This document shows positions 21,410 to 33,249 of a stretch of 64,000 nucleotides of DNA, piece by piece. Position 1 is the first letter of the stretch. Every line of letters begins with the position of its first letter. This stretch comes from Candidatus Latescibacterota bacterium (GTDB taxonomy: Bacteria; Latescibacterota; UBA2968; SICM01). The notes beneath the pieces are model-generated. The model was not told the DNA's origin. It did not search any database and worked only from the letters and a program-made list of their open reading frames with translations. The stretch lies in assembly GCA_965217865.1 (NCBI GenBank), contig CBDCJO010000002.1:3232001-3296000 (forward strand), given 5' to 3'. The position numbers and the translations under genes were made by a program.

Positions 21410-21665
21410 GCGATATGCCCAGGGCCTCGGCCAGTTGCAGGGCGCTGAGTCGCTGCTTCACAACCTTCTTCTCTGCCCTTGTCATGGCTGCTCCCGCTCT
21501 GTCTTCTTCCAGGGGTTCTTCTTTTCCCTTTGAATGATATCATCTGTTCGGGAAGAGTCCTAGCCGTACACCCTATCTGTACACACATCGGAACATGTCA
21601 ACAATTTTGAGACACTGAAAGTTGGAATTTAGTGAAGTTTCCGGCCGTCTCCATAGGAGGTGTCA
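21410..21665 (-). mobile_element. IS481-like 5' fragment adjoining an IS21-like end
   Basis: RLSALQLAEALG; end-like sequences TGTCAACAATTTTGAGACACT and ...ATAGGAGGTGTCA. Confidence 0.45.
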
Positions 21666-21895
21666 TCGGCAACCGGCGAGCGTGTTCAAGTAGTGGTCAT
21701 TTCCTCCCCGGGGGAGGTCGATTACCTGGAGGTTGACTGATGTATAAGACGCACCGCCCGTGGGCCCCCACCGCGCCCGTATCCGTGGCCTCGTGGAGGG
21801 AGATGAAGACATTGTTGATCTTGTCCGGTTTAAGGTTGGAGTCGAAAACGCTCGCACCCGCCTCGACCAGCTTCGCATAGTCCACCATCCCCTAA

Positions 21896-23421
21896 CAGCC
21901 CGTTGAAGAACTACCTTTCAACGCACATAAACGGAAAAGACGCCTGGAGTGCGGGTCGGATAAATCAAGGTAAGGAGATTGAGCAGGAGACGCTGATAAG
22001 AGGTTAAAAAGGTGACCGAGGGCAGCAAACGTGATTGTAGGACGAGCAGTAGACGCTGCAAGGCCTTGGCCAGGTCCTGGAGGGCCTTCGGAGTACCTAC
22101 GCCCATCACTTTGCGCATGAGCAGAGCCAGGTTGCAGCCCCCGATGTGGATCAGCAAACGCTTGAGGATATTGCCGCGGTCTCTCAAGTGCAACCTGCGC
22201 ATGCCACCGGTATCATATGTGTGAGCGATGGTTCTTTCCACCCGTTCTGCACGACTTCGGCGCAAGGCCTTGCCGCGATCTCCCTTGATCCGGCGTCGAT
22301 TCGCATATACCGCGGCCTGCTCATCTCGTCGGCCGTTCCACTTGCGGCGTCCCCGATCCGGTTCTGAAATGTAACTCCGGATGCCGCCTTGCTTCAGACT
22401 GGTCAATACATCGTTGCTATGATATCCTTTGTCCGCAACCACCTCCCGTATACGCTGTCTGTGCAAACGTTTGGCAGCTTTTTCGTCCTTCGCGACCTGC
22501 TTGAGATTGAGCTGCGCCTCGAGCAGCGTCCAGGGCAACGACTCGGTATCTCCTTCATCTGCTCCCGACAACGCCACTGCCACAATGGCATTGGTGTCCA
22601 GATCCACCGCGTGCTCCACCTTGTGCGCCATGTGCGTGCGACCGTCCTTCATCTTAGCGATCTTGGCATCCGGGTCGTGCGGGTGCTCCCAGTCCTGGTT
22701 CGATCCCTTCTTCGGTCGCTTCTTATCGATCTTGGACAAGTCCTCGCGGGTAGGCGTTTCAATGCCCGAGGCCTTGGCCAGATTCTCAAGGAATGCCTGG
22801 TAGCCTTCACCCGTGTCACGGCGTACAATGCTGCGCATCGCGGCGTTGGCCTCCAGTGTCGTAGCATCCACGCCCAACGTCTTCCCCTTCACCAGACCCG
22901 CTTTGCACAAGACCCTCAGGATCCACTTGAAAACCGCTTCGTGAACTTCCAAGGGAAGCCGATGCCGGATGCGAGACAGGCTGGAATGATCCGGGGTCTG
23001 TTCGTCAAGGGCATACCCCAAAAACCGGCGCAACGTCAGCGAGTCAGATACACGCCATTCGATCCCACGTTCCGAATCAAGTCCCTCGAAATACCCAATC
23101 AAAAGCATCCGAAAATAAACCCCGGGCGGAATGCCCTTGCGACCCATATGAGGAGCGTAATACCGCTGGCAAAGCCCCTCGACGAACTCGTCGAAGCCGT
23201 TCGCCCCCAATACCTGATTCAGCTTCTCGTAGAACGGATGACCCGGAGATTTCACCAAAGTGTTCGATGCGATGAACAGGTTTTCCTGTCTCTGTCGTCC
23301 TCGTTTTCCCATTGCCATTTGCTCGTCCTCCCTTCTCAGTTTGAACCTGATATATCATAGGACCAAACCACAAGGAAAGACAACAGTCATCTTGGCATAA
23401 ACGCACTTTTTCAACAGGCTG
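21896..23421 (-). mobile_element. IS1182/IS5-like element, full copy 1 (transposase 21918-23318)
   Basis: 17 bp imperfect IRs, CTAA duplication, VDAT / ADKGY / RVER DDE motifs. Confidence 0.93.
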
Positions 23422-23499
23422 CTAAAGGCCGCTTTTGTGTGTTCGAACTCCCTGGAGATCAGCCGGTTTCTCACCAAAGCCATATTTTCACTAGCCAGC

Positions 23500-24075
23500 T
23501 TAACTTATATCTTTTTTTAATAACTCATCAGCGAGAATTGGCAAGTACTCTATCAAACTGTTATACACCCCACGCTTGCGAGCAGCCAAGTAATTTTTTA
23601 GACTGTGAAACACAGGATCTGCCAAATGAATGCCGTGCTGACTCTTCAATTTAGAAAGTCCACGTTGGGCATGGCCTTTCCCTTCGAACTCGTCACGATA
23701 CAAAGCGGTCGATGCTTCGATAAGGATTTCAGTGAAACGGCTTTTCCAATCCGGGTACATATCAGGAAACCATCCTCTGAACTTCATTTCGGCCTCCAAT
23801 GGAGCCATTCGGTCGATAAATGATGGATGGGCATGCAGCACTTTTCTCCAGTAAGAATGTGCCATTTCGTGAAAAACAAGATACCTTTGAGATCGATATC
23901 GTTTGAACCTAAGGGGAAGTGGACTAAATCGAAATACAACAGGCGGACCCCACAAGGCGAACGAGACCTTTGCATTTGATATCTCAAAACCAAAGGATGG
24001 TGGACAAAGTGGATTTGGGACTAAGGTCAAGTTGTTAATAGAAAACCCAAATAAAAGGTTCATAAATTCGTCAAC
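23500..24075 (-). pseudogene. C-terminal fragment of HExxH protein (DUF4932-like)
   Basis: FHEMAH plus downstream E; 5' end replaced by integrase sequence. Confidence 0.5.
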
Positions 24076-24079
24076 TCTG

Positions 24080-24515
24080 CAGCCTTCGTCCGAACGGTGA
24101 AGAAGCCGGGCAGGTACGGCGACGGGAACGGACTCTATCTGCTTGTCACGCCGACCGGGGCGCGCTGCTGGGTGCAACGACTAACGATTCGCGGACGGCG
24201 GCGCGAGCTCGGCCTGGGCGGCTTTCCCTTGGTGACGCTGGCCGAAGCCCGCGAGAAGGCATTTGCCTACCGCAAGCTGGCCCGTGCCGGCGGCGACCCG
24301 CTCACGGAGAAGCGCAAGGATCAAGGCGTGCCCACGTTCGAGGAAGCCGCCGCGAGGGTGATAGAAATTCACCGGCCGTATTGGAAGAGCAGCGGCAAGA
24401 GCGAGGCGCAATGGGAACATTCGCTTCGTCATTACGTGTTCCCGCGCCTGAGCCGGTGTTCGGTGTCGGAGATCACGACGGCTGACGTGCTGGAGGTCTT
24501 GACTCCGATGTGGCC
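24080..24515 (+). pseudogene. P4-like integrase N-terminal arm fragment
   Basis: GRYGDGNGLYL, LGLGGFPLVTLAEAREKA. Confidence 0.9.
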
Positions 24516-24630
24516 CTGACTCGTTCCGCCCGACTAAAGCCGTAACGCGTTCGAGCGGAATCCAGTTACTGTCGTCGATATTGCGATAATTCAGAACTCT
24601 GAATCGTTTCGGGAGCAATTTCATCAAGAC
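24516..24630 (-). pseudogene. ABC/OLD-type ATPase N-terminus cut at Walker A
   Basis: NYRNI...VTALVGRNESG. Confidence 0.7.
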
Positions 24631-25089
24631 TGTGCGGCGGTCCTGCGGACCACAACCGTCCGCTTGCTTCATCCGTCGTGGTGCCGGCAGGCATGGTTTA
24701 CTTGACAGTGCCAGATGGTCAGTGGCGGCGGTATGCGCCTCGTCCGCGCGGGCGATTGTGGGTCGCTTCGTCAAGGCTCTTTGCAGCCGCATACTCAGTT
24801 TTCCCGCCGCTTTGGTCACCAAGTTGGTGCTACCCGCGTTTACGTAAGCGATTTAGTTCGCGCTGGACGATTTCGAGCGAAAGGCACATGACCCCATGAA
24901 GTAGAACTCAACTCCGTCTCGGGACGCCGAATATGGCTGGGTTTACGGTGTCCACTAATGGCCAGATTTGACCCGTCCGCCGAGAATGGCCATGGCGGTC
25001 AGGGTCCCGATCGCGGCCCGCGTCGTGCGTCAGCACCTCGCTGGCGCACGAAACGGTACTCACGGCCCTGTCACGCGCAGTATGGCAAC

Positions 25090-25352
25090 GCAGACCGCAG
25101 CCGAATCTGATGATTCATTCCGATCGAGGTATTCAGTATTGCTGCGATGGCTTCCGAAAGGCCGTCGACGCGCATCAGTTTGTTCAAAGCATGAGCAGGA
25201 AGGCCGATTGCTGGGACAATGCCGTCTCCGAGTCATTCTTCAAAACCTTGAAGACCGAATGGCTGTATCACGTCGACTTGATCGACCTCGATCATGCAGA
25301 GCGCGAACTCTTCGAGTACATCGAAATGTTTTACAACAATCAGCGGCTGCAC
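25090..25352 (+). mobile_element. IS3-family integrase core fragment
   Basis: HSDRGIQY, DNAVSESFFKTLK, YNNQRLH. Confidence 0.9.
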
Positions 25353-25450
25353 GCTTGGAGGTTAACGTTCCCGTGCCGGTCTGTGGATGATAACTCCCCG
25401 CGCTGTGCGTGCTCACCCTCCCTGCTTCCGACAGGCCGTTATGCCTGACA

Positions 25451-28363
25451 TTAGTCCAAAAGATCAAATCGGCCCAGACGGAGCAAGTTTTCACGCGCAC
25501 GTTCTGCGGTCTGACGCACGCTTTCGTCGCTGCTTTCAAGACCTGCAGCCACAATGGGTTTTGCGTCTTCGGTCCGAATGTATATCGAGTCACTTTCAGT
25601 CCTAGACTCTGTGATTCTCGCAAAACACTTGACCACCATTGCGGTGTGATCTGGAAGCATTTTGCGCAACGCTCCCAACTCAATGTAGATCGGACGGTCT
25701 TTGGACGTGTCGGCATCCAGATCCAGAATCCTAGAATATGCATCCAATCGCCATGCCGCACTCAGGCATTCGGCTTCCAACCAAAAGGTAAACTTTTGAA
25801 GCTCTGTCGGCTCCCTGGCTTCAAGCCGACATTCGAAAAACTCAATAAGCCGGTCCTTCAAGGCCTCATCAAGGTGCCTCCCGCTGTTCTGTAAAAACCT
25901 GCCCACGTAGTCAAACAACCTTGCCCAGCGTTTTGGGTCGCCGTCTGTCTCTTGGTAATAACGCTCAAGAAGGCTTTCTTCTCCCGCGAGCGGATACACG
26001 TCCCACAAATAGTACATAAACAGATGCTGTCCGAGACTATCAATCGGTTCTCGACGAGGTAGGCCTTGTTCTCGGAGCTCGGAAAGATGTTGCAGGGCAA
26101 AATCGAAATTTTCGACAAGAATCTCGAAAGTCGGCTTGTAGGGGTTAGTGAAATGCAGGAAGTTGCCGAATGCCACTGACCATGTATCCAATACATCTTT
26201 GGGAAAAAAGTCTGCTCTATGCTCGGTCGCCCATACCTCATTGATGCCGAATATCTGGACGTAGTTTTTACCTAAAATGGCATACTCCGCCAGCGTCAAA
26301 GGATACCTCGCATCCAAGCCAAAGCGTTTTTCAAGAATTGTAGCTACCTCTGGAACTTCGGTCTTCGAATGACACCTCCGTACCCACAAACCAAATTTAA
26401 CCAAGTCTTCCAGTGCGCGGCTCCGGATATTATTGATGGCCTCGCTGATCGGAGCCTCTATGTTCAAAAGCGTTGGCATGTTCCGGTCTAAGCGCCAATC
26501 AAATTGTGTGCAAAGTATATCAAGAAGCCTGGATAGTTGCCCACGGAAGGAAATCGGCACATTCACATCCTCTTCGAGACAGCCTCCTATAAAGTCACCG
26601 ACTGCTCGCCGTGAGCTATGCCAATCGGGATGCTCCCGGGATTCACCACCAATTCTGCCGAGGCTATAGCTTTCTTGGTGTTCTTGATCAGGATGTGAAA
26701 GCAACCATTTGCAAAATGCTAGCCATTCGTTGAGCTTATCGAAGTTCTGTGCTCTGACGTTCTCGTGCATTCCATCAATCATCACCCGTACGTAAATGGG
26801 CCGCTCAATCCTTTCGCGATTCTCGATCCAGAATCTGAGTCTGTTAGGATCCGGAATAATCGAATCCCTGAAAGCGGTTTTAAAAGCTAAGGCGAGAGCT
26901 TCGATATTGACAAAGCAGATGGTTTTTTTATCAAGGTGTTCTTCCTGCCATTCGTTTATGTAGTTTAGTAGCTCCTCACTCGAGAGGCTTGCGAGATCCT
27001 CGGGTGGTTTTGGGCTGAGATGAGACACTATCCCGCCTTCGCCGCTTGCTTCACCAACTATCGAATAGTCTTCATCGCCAGTCTGTTTGTTGACCTCGGC
27101 TTCTAACTCCTGGAAGTAGGATAAAAATTCACCAAATAACACGGAAGCAAAGGGCTTGAACTGCATCCGGTGAAAACCTCGCTGGTACTGCGCGAACAGT
27201 TCCTCCGTAAATTGTTCTCCCATCCGTTCGCGGAAATCCGCCTTCGATGGACCGCTGCGAATGGCATCGAAGATTCGCGTCCGCTCATCTTCAGTGAGCA
27301 ACTCCGCGCCAAAACGCTCACAGGCCAGCCGTATCATCCGCTGAAATTCATAGTGGTGTTCCCATTTGCCATAATCATCATGCGCCAGGACCAACTTCCG
27401 AATCCACGGCTTGGTTTGCTCGCTCGGATGTAGAGCGTAAAGGTGTTGACGAAGGCGTACGAAGAGCTTCCATCGGTTCTGGCGTAACGCCTTGTCTAAG
27501 ATTCCGACTAATTGCGGCAACTTTTCAAACACCATCTCGCACGCGAAGTTCAACGTATGAACAAGTGTTTCCTTGGAGTCCTGGTCCTCTCTATATACGC
27601 TGTCGACCCGTGGACACCATATTTCTGAGAAATCCTCCTCTCCGCTCTTATTGGGATTCTCTTGGTGTGCTTCAAACTGAATCACATTGGCCGTGGCCTT
27701 AATGAGCATACAAGCAACCTGATAGGGTTCCTTGTCCGCCAATGGGCGTAGCCCTTTCTCCATTATTTCTCCATATTCCCAGCACTCGAACCGAGGAGCC
27801 GACTCTAGAAGCGTCCTCAAATCATCTGGATTTTTCCTTTGACGCTTCAGCTTTTCCTCTGATTGAGGATCGGGGGCAAACTCAACCAGCATCTTGGAAA
27901 GTTCTAATGCAGCCAATGTTTGATCTTGTTCCGTCCAATGGGCTAACAATTCTGCGTATCTGTAAGCCTGGAATTGGTGCTTTATCTTTGCATATTCGAG
28001 TATTTTTGGCTTCAACCGGGCAGACTGATTTCCTTGGAGCTTCAATGCAATATCCAAAATCTCATCATAGACCCTTGGATTATCGACTCTGGGCAACTGC
28101 AATACGATGTTTATGACTTTATCTGGCTCGTAATCGGACACGTTCTTGAGGTATTGAAGCTCTGGCCAAAAAGGGAATTGAACAGAACCATCAGGCAAAT
28201 CCCTGATTTTCGGAGGGCACTGAAAATAGTCTCTCTCGACCAAAGGCTGAATCCACAAAGGATTTTGCAGCCGAGAGAAGAAATATTTCCGGTCAGTCTC
28301 CTTCTTAATCGACGACAGAGCTTTTTCTACCATTTCATTGGTTGGTTTCTTCCAGGATTTCAT
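25451..28363 (-). CDS. Large predicted alpha-helical protein
   Basis: ~970 aa uninterrupted ORF overlapping the upstream gene; YFFSRLQNPLW N-terminus; no NTPase motif seen. Confidence 0.8.
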   Translation of the reverse strand: MKSWKKPTNEMVEKALSSIKKETDRKYFFSRLQNPLWIQPLVERDYFQCPPKIRDLPDGSVQFPFWPELQYLKNVSDYEPDKVINIVLQLPRVDNPRVYDEILDIALKLQGNQSARLKPKILEYAKIKHQFQAYRYAELLAHWTEQDQTLAALELSKMLVEFAPDPQSEEKLKRQRKNPDDLRTLLESAPRFECWEYGEIMEKGLRPLADKEPYQVACMLIKATANVIQFEAHQENPNKSGEEDFSEIWCPRVDSVYREDQDSKETLVHTLNFACEMVFEKLPQLVGILDKALRQNRWKLFVRLRQHLYALHPSEQTKPWIRKLVLAHDDYGKWEHHYEFQRMIRLACERFGAELLTEDERTRIFDAIRSGPSKADFRERMGEQFTEELFAQYQRGFHRMQFKPFASVLFGEFLSYFQELEAEVNKQTGDEDYSIVGEASGEGGIVSHLSPKPPEDLASLSSEELLNYINEWQEEHLDKKTICFVNIEALALAFKTAFRDSIIPDPNRLRFWIENRERIERPIYVRVMIDGMHENVRAQNFDKLNEWLAFCKWLLSHPDQEHQESYSLGRIGGESREHPDWHSSRRAVGDFIGGCLEEDVNVPISFRGQLSRLLDILCTQFDWRLDRNMPTLLNIEAPISEAINNIRSRALEDLVKFGLWVRRCHSKTEVPEVATILEKRFGLDARYPLTLAEYAILGKNYVQIFGINEVWATEHRADFFPKDVLDTWSVAFGNFLHFTNPYKPTFEILVENFDFALQHLSELREQGLPRREPIDSLGQHLFMYYLWDVYPLAGEESLLERYYQETDGDPKRWARLFDYVGRFLQNSGRHLDEALKDRLIEFFECRLEAREPTELQKFTFWLEAECLSAAWRLDAYSRILDLDADTSKDRPIYIELGALRKMLPDHTAMVVKCFARITESRTESDSIYIRTEDAKPIVAAGLESSDESVRQTAERARENLLRLGRFDLLD

Positions 28364-28976
28364 TGACACCCTTTATTCGTTCTAATGTACTGCTTGCAGC
28401 GATGTACAAATAGCTATCAAGCGTTTGAAGAAAATGCCTTCGAACTTTAGATGGTGCATCCTGTGAAAAGGCTTTTTCTCGCAGATGAGCATGTTTGAGA
28501 AACCATTTTTTCGCCGTTTTCCATTCCTTTATAAAATTCTGGGGGATTTTATCGCGGTCTTTGTAGTCCAAAAAGGTACTAAAGAAAATGTAATCAGCCT
28601 CTGATGCTTTGAGACGGACAGCTTTATGCTCATCAATCAGTTTCTTTATCTTCTTGCAGGTTTGATAAGGAATTAAATGGCCGTTTTCAACACAATCCAT
28701 TTTATTAAACCCTTCCGTTCCCCATTCGCTTTTCCATTCGTGTTGGAACTTATCCACGAGAGCCTTATACTGAACGTGCTCCGTATTGATGCCCTGCACA
28801 CTCCGGGCAAGAGTATTCATCAAATCCCTACCCGTATGCGACACAAAGGTAATGTAGCCTGACGATTTCTTGTCCAGGAGATCCAATGCGCCTTTGTAAG
28901 CTTCAGCAAACACAGGTCGCTGGAGCTTTTTGTTTAGCCAATCAAAGATGCGTTGTTGTTTCTGTGTGAGCATCAT
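28335..28976 (-). CDS. Hypothetical protein, possible degenerate HEPN domain
   Basis: 213 aa; SHTGRDL and WFLKHAH segments. Confidence 0.65.
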   Translation of the reverse strand: MMLTQKQQRIFDWLNKKLQRPVFAEAYKGALDLLDKKSSGYITFVSHTGRDLMNTLARSVQGINTEHVQYKALVDKFQHEWKSEWGTEGFNKMDCVENGHLIPYQTCKKIKKLIDEHKAVRLKASEADYIFFSTFLDYKDRDKIPQNFIKEWKTAKKWFLKHAHLREKAFSQDAPSKVRRHFLQTLDSYLYIAASSTLERIKGVNEILEETNQ

Positions 28977-29119
28977 GCAGCGTAAATGCCTCCTTGAGGA
29001 CGGTGTGGAGGAGGAGGGCAGCGCATCCCATCGTGCTCTTGAGCTCCAGCGTTCCGGATTCGCCTATCGCGCGGCCAGCGCTGTTAATCTGTTCAGGCTG
29101 ATATGACCCGGGAAAAGTG

Positions 29120-29645
29120 GACAGTGGTTTAAGCCGCTTTCTGGCGGCTCTCCTCCGGCTCGCCGTTGATGTCGGGATAGCCGAACAGGCGCTTTTCCGT
29201 TCGCACATCCTCCCGCCGATCGAGTCCGAGAATAATGACGTGCACATGCGCCTTGCCGCGCGCGTCCGATCCCCACGCGAAGGTGCGGTGTGCGAAGGCC
29301 ACCTCCAGCTTGCAGCGCCCGAACAGGACAGGCCACAGTTGCGCGACCTGTTCGCCTTGCGTGATCGAGTTGGTGGCGACGAAGCCGATCTGGGCACGGC
29401 TGCCCTGCAGATACTCTCCCGCCTTGATGAACCACGCGGCGACGTAATCGAGCGTGCCGCCGCTCTTGCCCAGCGCCGTGATCCCGCGCACTTGGGCGCG
29501 TTGGTCCCCCGTCTGATACTTCGCGCCCACGAAGGGCGGATTGCCGAACACGAACGAGCAATCCTCCGGCGGCAGCAGGTCCGCCCAATCGGTTTCCAAC
29601 GCATCGCCATGGACGATGTGCGGCGACTTCTCCAGAGGAATTCGG
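29120..29645 (-). pseudogene. MmeI-like (type IIL) RM fragment
   Basis: GNPPFVG, TNSITQGEQV, FAHRTFAW. Confidence 0.85.
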
Positions 29646-29649
29646 GCGT

Positions 29650-29830
29650 AGGCGCCCTGTCGGGCGCGAGACCCGATCCTGAACCCGTTTCCCTTGCCCC
29701 CGCTCGTACTCCTCGGCCCACTTCGAAAGTTTCAGCTTGCTCCGGTTCAACCCCGCCGCCTTCCCTTGGCCGGATCGACCCCGAACTGCCGGTAGATGGG
29801 TCTTCCGCGCTACAGGCGAAGTGAAGGTGT
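29650..29830 (-). pseudogene. Relaxase-like fragment
   Basis: NRSKLKLSKWAEEYERGQGK. Confidence 0.45.
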
Positions 29831-29849
29831 CCTTGACGTGCGTCGAGTT

Positions 29850-30367
29850 GTCTGGTCCTCGGTCCTCGTGACCAGCGAGACCGTGGAGTTGAACAACCGA
29901 TCCATCTGGTTACGTAACAGCGTGCGGTCGCCACGGTTGCTTCCACCACTCATGTGCAGGCCCAGCTTGCCCATAAACTCGGCCAATGATTTCCCTAAAA
30001 CCAACACGGGGGACTGAGTTTTGACGCCCTCAGTCGAGACCCAGGCAAGCAAGAGGCGCGGCAGGGTGCCGAAAGGCAGCTTACTGCCTGCCGTAGCGGT
30101 CATGTAGAGCGTGTAGGGGCCGTTCTGTCGCTTGTATTGAAGGCGGTTGCCGGGGTTGGTGCGGGGCAGGGAGCACAGCGCCATCGTCCGCGCCATGAAG
30201 CCGAGATCGGGGTCCGCTTCGCTAGCCGTAACAAGCTGGTTCACCTGATCGGCCTGGGTGAAGTGGTGGCGGGATTGGGGCGAGGCGTCGCGAATCGCCT
30301 TCACTGGCCCGCCCAGATCGGCCAAGGCATCACCGATGGGAACCAACTCGTTTCGTTGACGCTGCAT
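29850..30367 (-). pseudogene. repA: Plasmid RepA (RepA_C / IncW-like), truncated
   Basis: ALCSLPRTNPG, LPFGTLPRLLLAW, LRNQMDRLF. Confidence 0.85.
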
Positions 30368-30400
30368 GGCTTTGCCGCTGAGTAGGTTGTAAATCTTCAA

Positions 30401-31420
30401 TCAATTGATCTTCGGGTCAACCGGATAGTCGTGGAGGATCACGCCGCCCCCTTCCGTTACCCGGTAGACGTCCTCAAAGCGCACACCGCCAATCTCTGGA
30501 ATCGCCAGTATCGTGTGACCGATCGTCATTGTCATATCTGCCCGTATCTGCGTTTTTCGATGAGCCGGAATAATCGTCGACGCCGGATTTTCTTCGAAAC
30601 GCAGGCCGATACCGTGAGAAACCCCGTTGATGTGATATTGCTCCAGGTCATGCCGAACACATACTTCTGCGCCTACAGCGTCCAGATCGGAGACCGTCAC
30701 TCCCGGCTTCAGTATCTTCCACGTCGCTTCGCGAATCTCGTTGTAGGTATCGAGCAGCAGTTGTTCCTGCTCACCCGCATCACCCATGACAAATGTGCGA
30801 GCCAGATTTGCGCAGTAGCCTTCGAACAGCGGGGTCAAGTCTACGACGACGAGGTCCCCCGCCTCAATCGGTGTCCGGTCAACTTTCCCGTGAATCCAGG
30901 AGCTGCGAAGCCCCGAGTTTATATAGATCGGCGTGCTCGTTCCGTCAGCCCCCGCTTTCATCATGGTGTAGAGCGCTTCGGTTGCGATTTCATGACCGGT
31001 AGCCCCTGGTTTCAAGAGTTCCCGAACACGATCCATCCCGATTGCGGCAATGGCCTGCGTACGCTTCATCAGTTCGATCTCGTCCGGCTCTTTGACCATG
31101 CGTAGTTCGTCCATCACGGGATCAGAGGAAACCAGATCGACCTGAGGGTTGACCTTTCTAAACAGGTCGACAAGAAACGCGGGCGTGTGAAACCACAGTT
31201 GCATTCCCACCCGTGGCCTGCCGCTCGCCGGCAACTTAATTCCAGGCGGTGGGCCGCCATAGAGTTCACGAAACGTTTCTCTGACGTTAGAAATCTGCTC
31301 GCCCACATGGCTAAATACTTTGAACGATTCATCACCGAGTTCACGGCGTAAATCGGCTTCCTCGCCCGCAAATCCAACAAAGACCGGTGAACCGCTAGCC
31401 GGTATTCTGGCGTGGGTCAG
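30401..31420 (-). pseudogene. Xaa-Pro (M24) peptidase lacking N-terminus
   Basis: LRMVKEPDEI, HGIGL, GGVRFED. Confidence 0.85.
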
Positions 31421-31569
31421 TGGCGAGCTCGAGACAGCGTTGAGGGCACAGATCCGGCCCGTGTGCGACTTTCTTTCTGAATCCGGGAAAAGGGGGACGC
31501 GACCTCCACAAAACGGGCGGCACGTGGGCGAAGTGAGAAGGTCCCGGTCCCGTGGATTTGCGGCCCGGG

Positions 31570-31960
31570 ACCCCACTCGTGATCGGGGTCGAGCATCTCG
31601 AGAGCCCGAGCTTCGGCTTCCTCGCGAGTCATCCCACCCTCATGCTCCATGATCCCCGCGCGTTCATCGAACGCCTTGATGTCATCCTCCGTAGATGTCG
31701 CCGCAGTGTTGGGGGGATCAAAGCGTGACACCGTGACATTCTTTTGTTTACAAGGACTTACATGATGTTCAAAGCGTGACATCGTACCATCCATGTCACG
31801 CTTTGAAGGGGGAGATATGTGCGCGTTCGGCTTGGAAACATCGTCCGAGTCGTCCTCCATGTAGCTATCCCATGCAGAGAAGAACGCTTCCCACAGGTAG
31901 CCCTTTCCCCTTGCCGGCCCATCCAGACCACGCAGATATTGATAGGGGATCATAAATTCT
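31570..31960 (-). pseudogene. Primase-tail-like fragment of a mobile element
   Basis: FDERAGIMEHEGGMTREEAEARA. Confidence 0.55.
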
Positions 31961-31967
31961 GGGCTTT

Positions 31968-33095
31968 TCACGGGACACCATCTGTACCAGCTAATGCCGG
32001 TTTGCTGGCTGGTAATTGTCCGAAGCGGCCAGCAACCTCTACAACGTATTTTTGCCATATGCTTGGTGTTCTTAAATACCAGCCGCGTAGATACGTTTGT
32101 AAATCCTGATCATGCCCCGACGATATCGGACCGTGAACATTCAGATAACGGACAGTATTCCACGCTTCCGGGTTGTCCTCGAAAATATCAATCAGGTTGT
32201 GAGCGATCATATGGTGAGACCTCTGATAGTAAGGGTCTTTCTTTAATCCGACATGTTGTACCTTAAACCACCTCTTAAATTGTTCAGGCCCCATTCTATA
32301 GCCGGGGATAACATATTCTATGAAGTCCAGGATTCGATTCATCATGTTTGGAATGGAAACAGTTATTTGATGCCCTGCATTGATCTTGTCGTGCAGTTTC
32401 CTAAAAGTGTACAGTGATGCCATGCTTGACAATGATTCATCAAGCCATCTATTCCGTATGGTCGGTGTCTGGTAATAGTTGGTCATAATGTGACCATATT
32501 CGTGGGCGAACAGATGGATGTTCTGCAAAACTTGTAGACCTGCCGTGTCCAACAAGATCATGTGAGAACCGGTTGAGGTGCGTGAGTATAGTATTCTTGT
32601 TCCATTTGATGAGTGCCGAACCAAGATGTCAGAATCGAGAGCATAGACCAGAGGTTCCGTCAAGACTTCCTGGACCTGCTCACAGACACCCTGAACCACC
32701 CTTACTGATTGTCGCCATGCACCAGGCTCAATGGTGATTGATGGTAACAACTTGGGAAGGTCTTCGTAAACCGTTTCGATGATCGGGTCAGAAACAATTA
32801 CCGTTGTGTCTCTTACTACAAGAGTGTCTCGAACCACGTTGTTGACGACAAGGGTATCGCGTATTATGTGGTTGACGATAAGGGTATCAACTCTGATATG
32901 TTCCGGGTCGAATATTTCTCCGCCTGTCCTCCCGAAATTGGAAGAAAACATGAAGAAGTCATCCAGATCAACCTTGCCGTTTCCGTCAAGGTCGCCGAGT
33001 AATCTTTTCTGTGACGCATACGTGATCCCATAAGCAAACATTGAAGCAATGACAAACAACACCAGAAAGCGATGCATATACCTTCCTTTGGGCAA
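31968..33095 (-). CDS. Secreted protein: dockerin/EF-hand-like motif, VRDT repeats, HExxH metallopeptidase-like domain
   Basis: Signal-like N-terminus, GDLDGNGKVDLDDFF, HEYGH...WLDE. Confidence 0.75.
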   Translation of the reverse strand: MPKGRYMHRFLVLFVIASMFAYGITYASQKRLLGDLDGNGKVDLDDFFMFSSNFGRTGGEIFDPEHIRVDTLIVNHIIRDTLVVNNVVRDTLVVRDTTVIVSDPIIETVYEDLPKLLPSITIEPGAWRQSVRVVQGVCEQVQEVLTEPLVYALDSDILVRHSSNGTRILYSRTSTGSHMILLDTAGLQVLQNIHLFAHEYGHIMTNYYQTPTIRNRWLDESLSSMASLYTFRKLHDKINAGHQITVSIPNMMNRILDFIEYVIPGYRMGPEQFKRWFKVQHVGLKKDPYYQRSHHMIAHNLIDIFEDNPEAWNTVRYLNVHGPISSGHDQDLQTYLRGWYLRTPSIWQKYVVEVAGRFGQLPASKPALAGTDGVP

Positions 33096-33249
33096 AAAAA
33101 TAGGGCCTTCGTATAACCGAAGACCCTAATAGAATTGGATGATGCTATAATGCATACCTGCAAACCACCCGTTATTATACCCCACATAACTAAAGGGAGC
33201 TGTGGAGAAGGTAAGACCGTGTGGTGGGATTGTCAAGTGGGTTTTTTGT

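Noticed and set aside
22389-23360. 323 aa plus-strand ORF (also 42048-43019) and other long antisense ORFs such as 1536-2915 and 55817-56677
   Set aside because: Shadows of GC-rich real genes with no motifs
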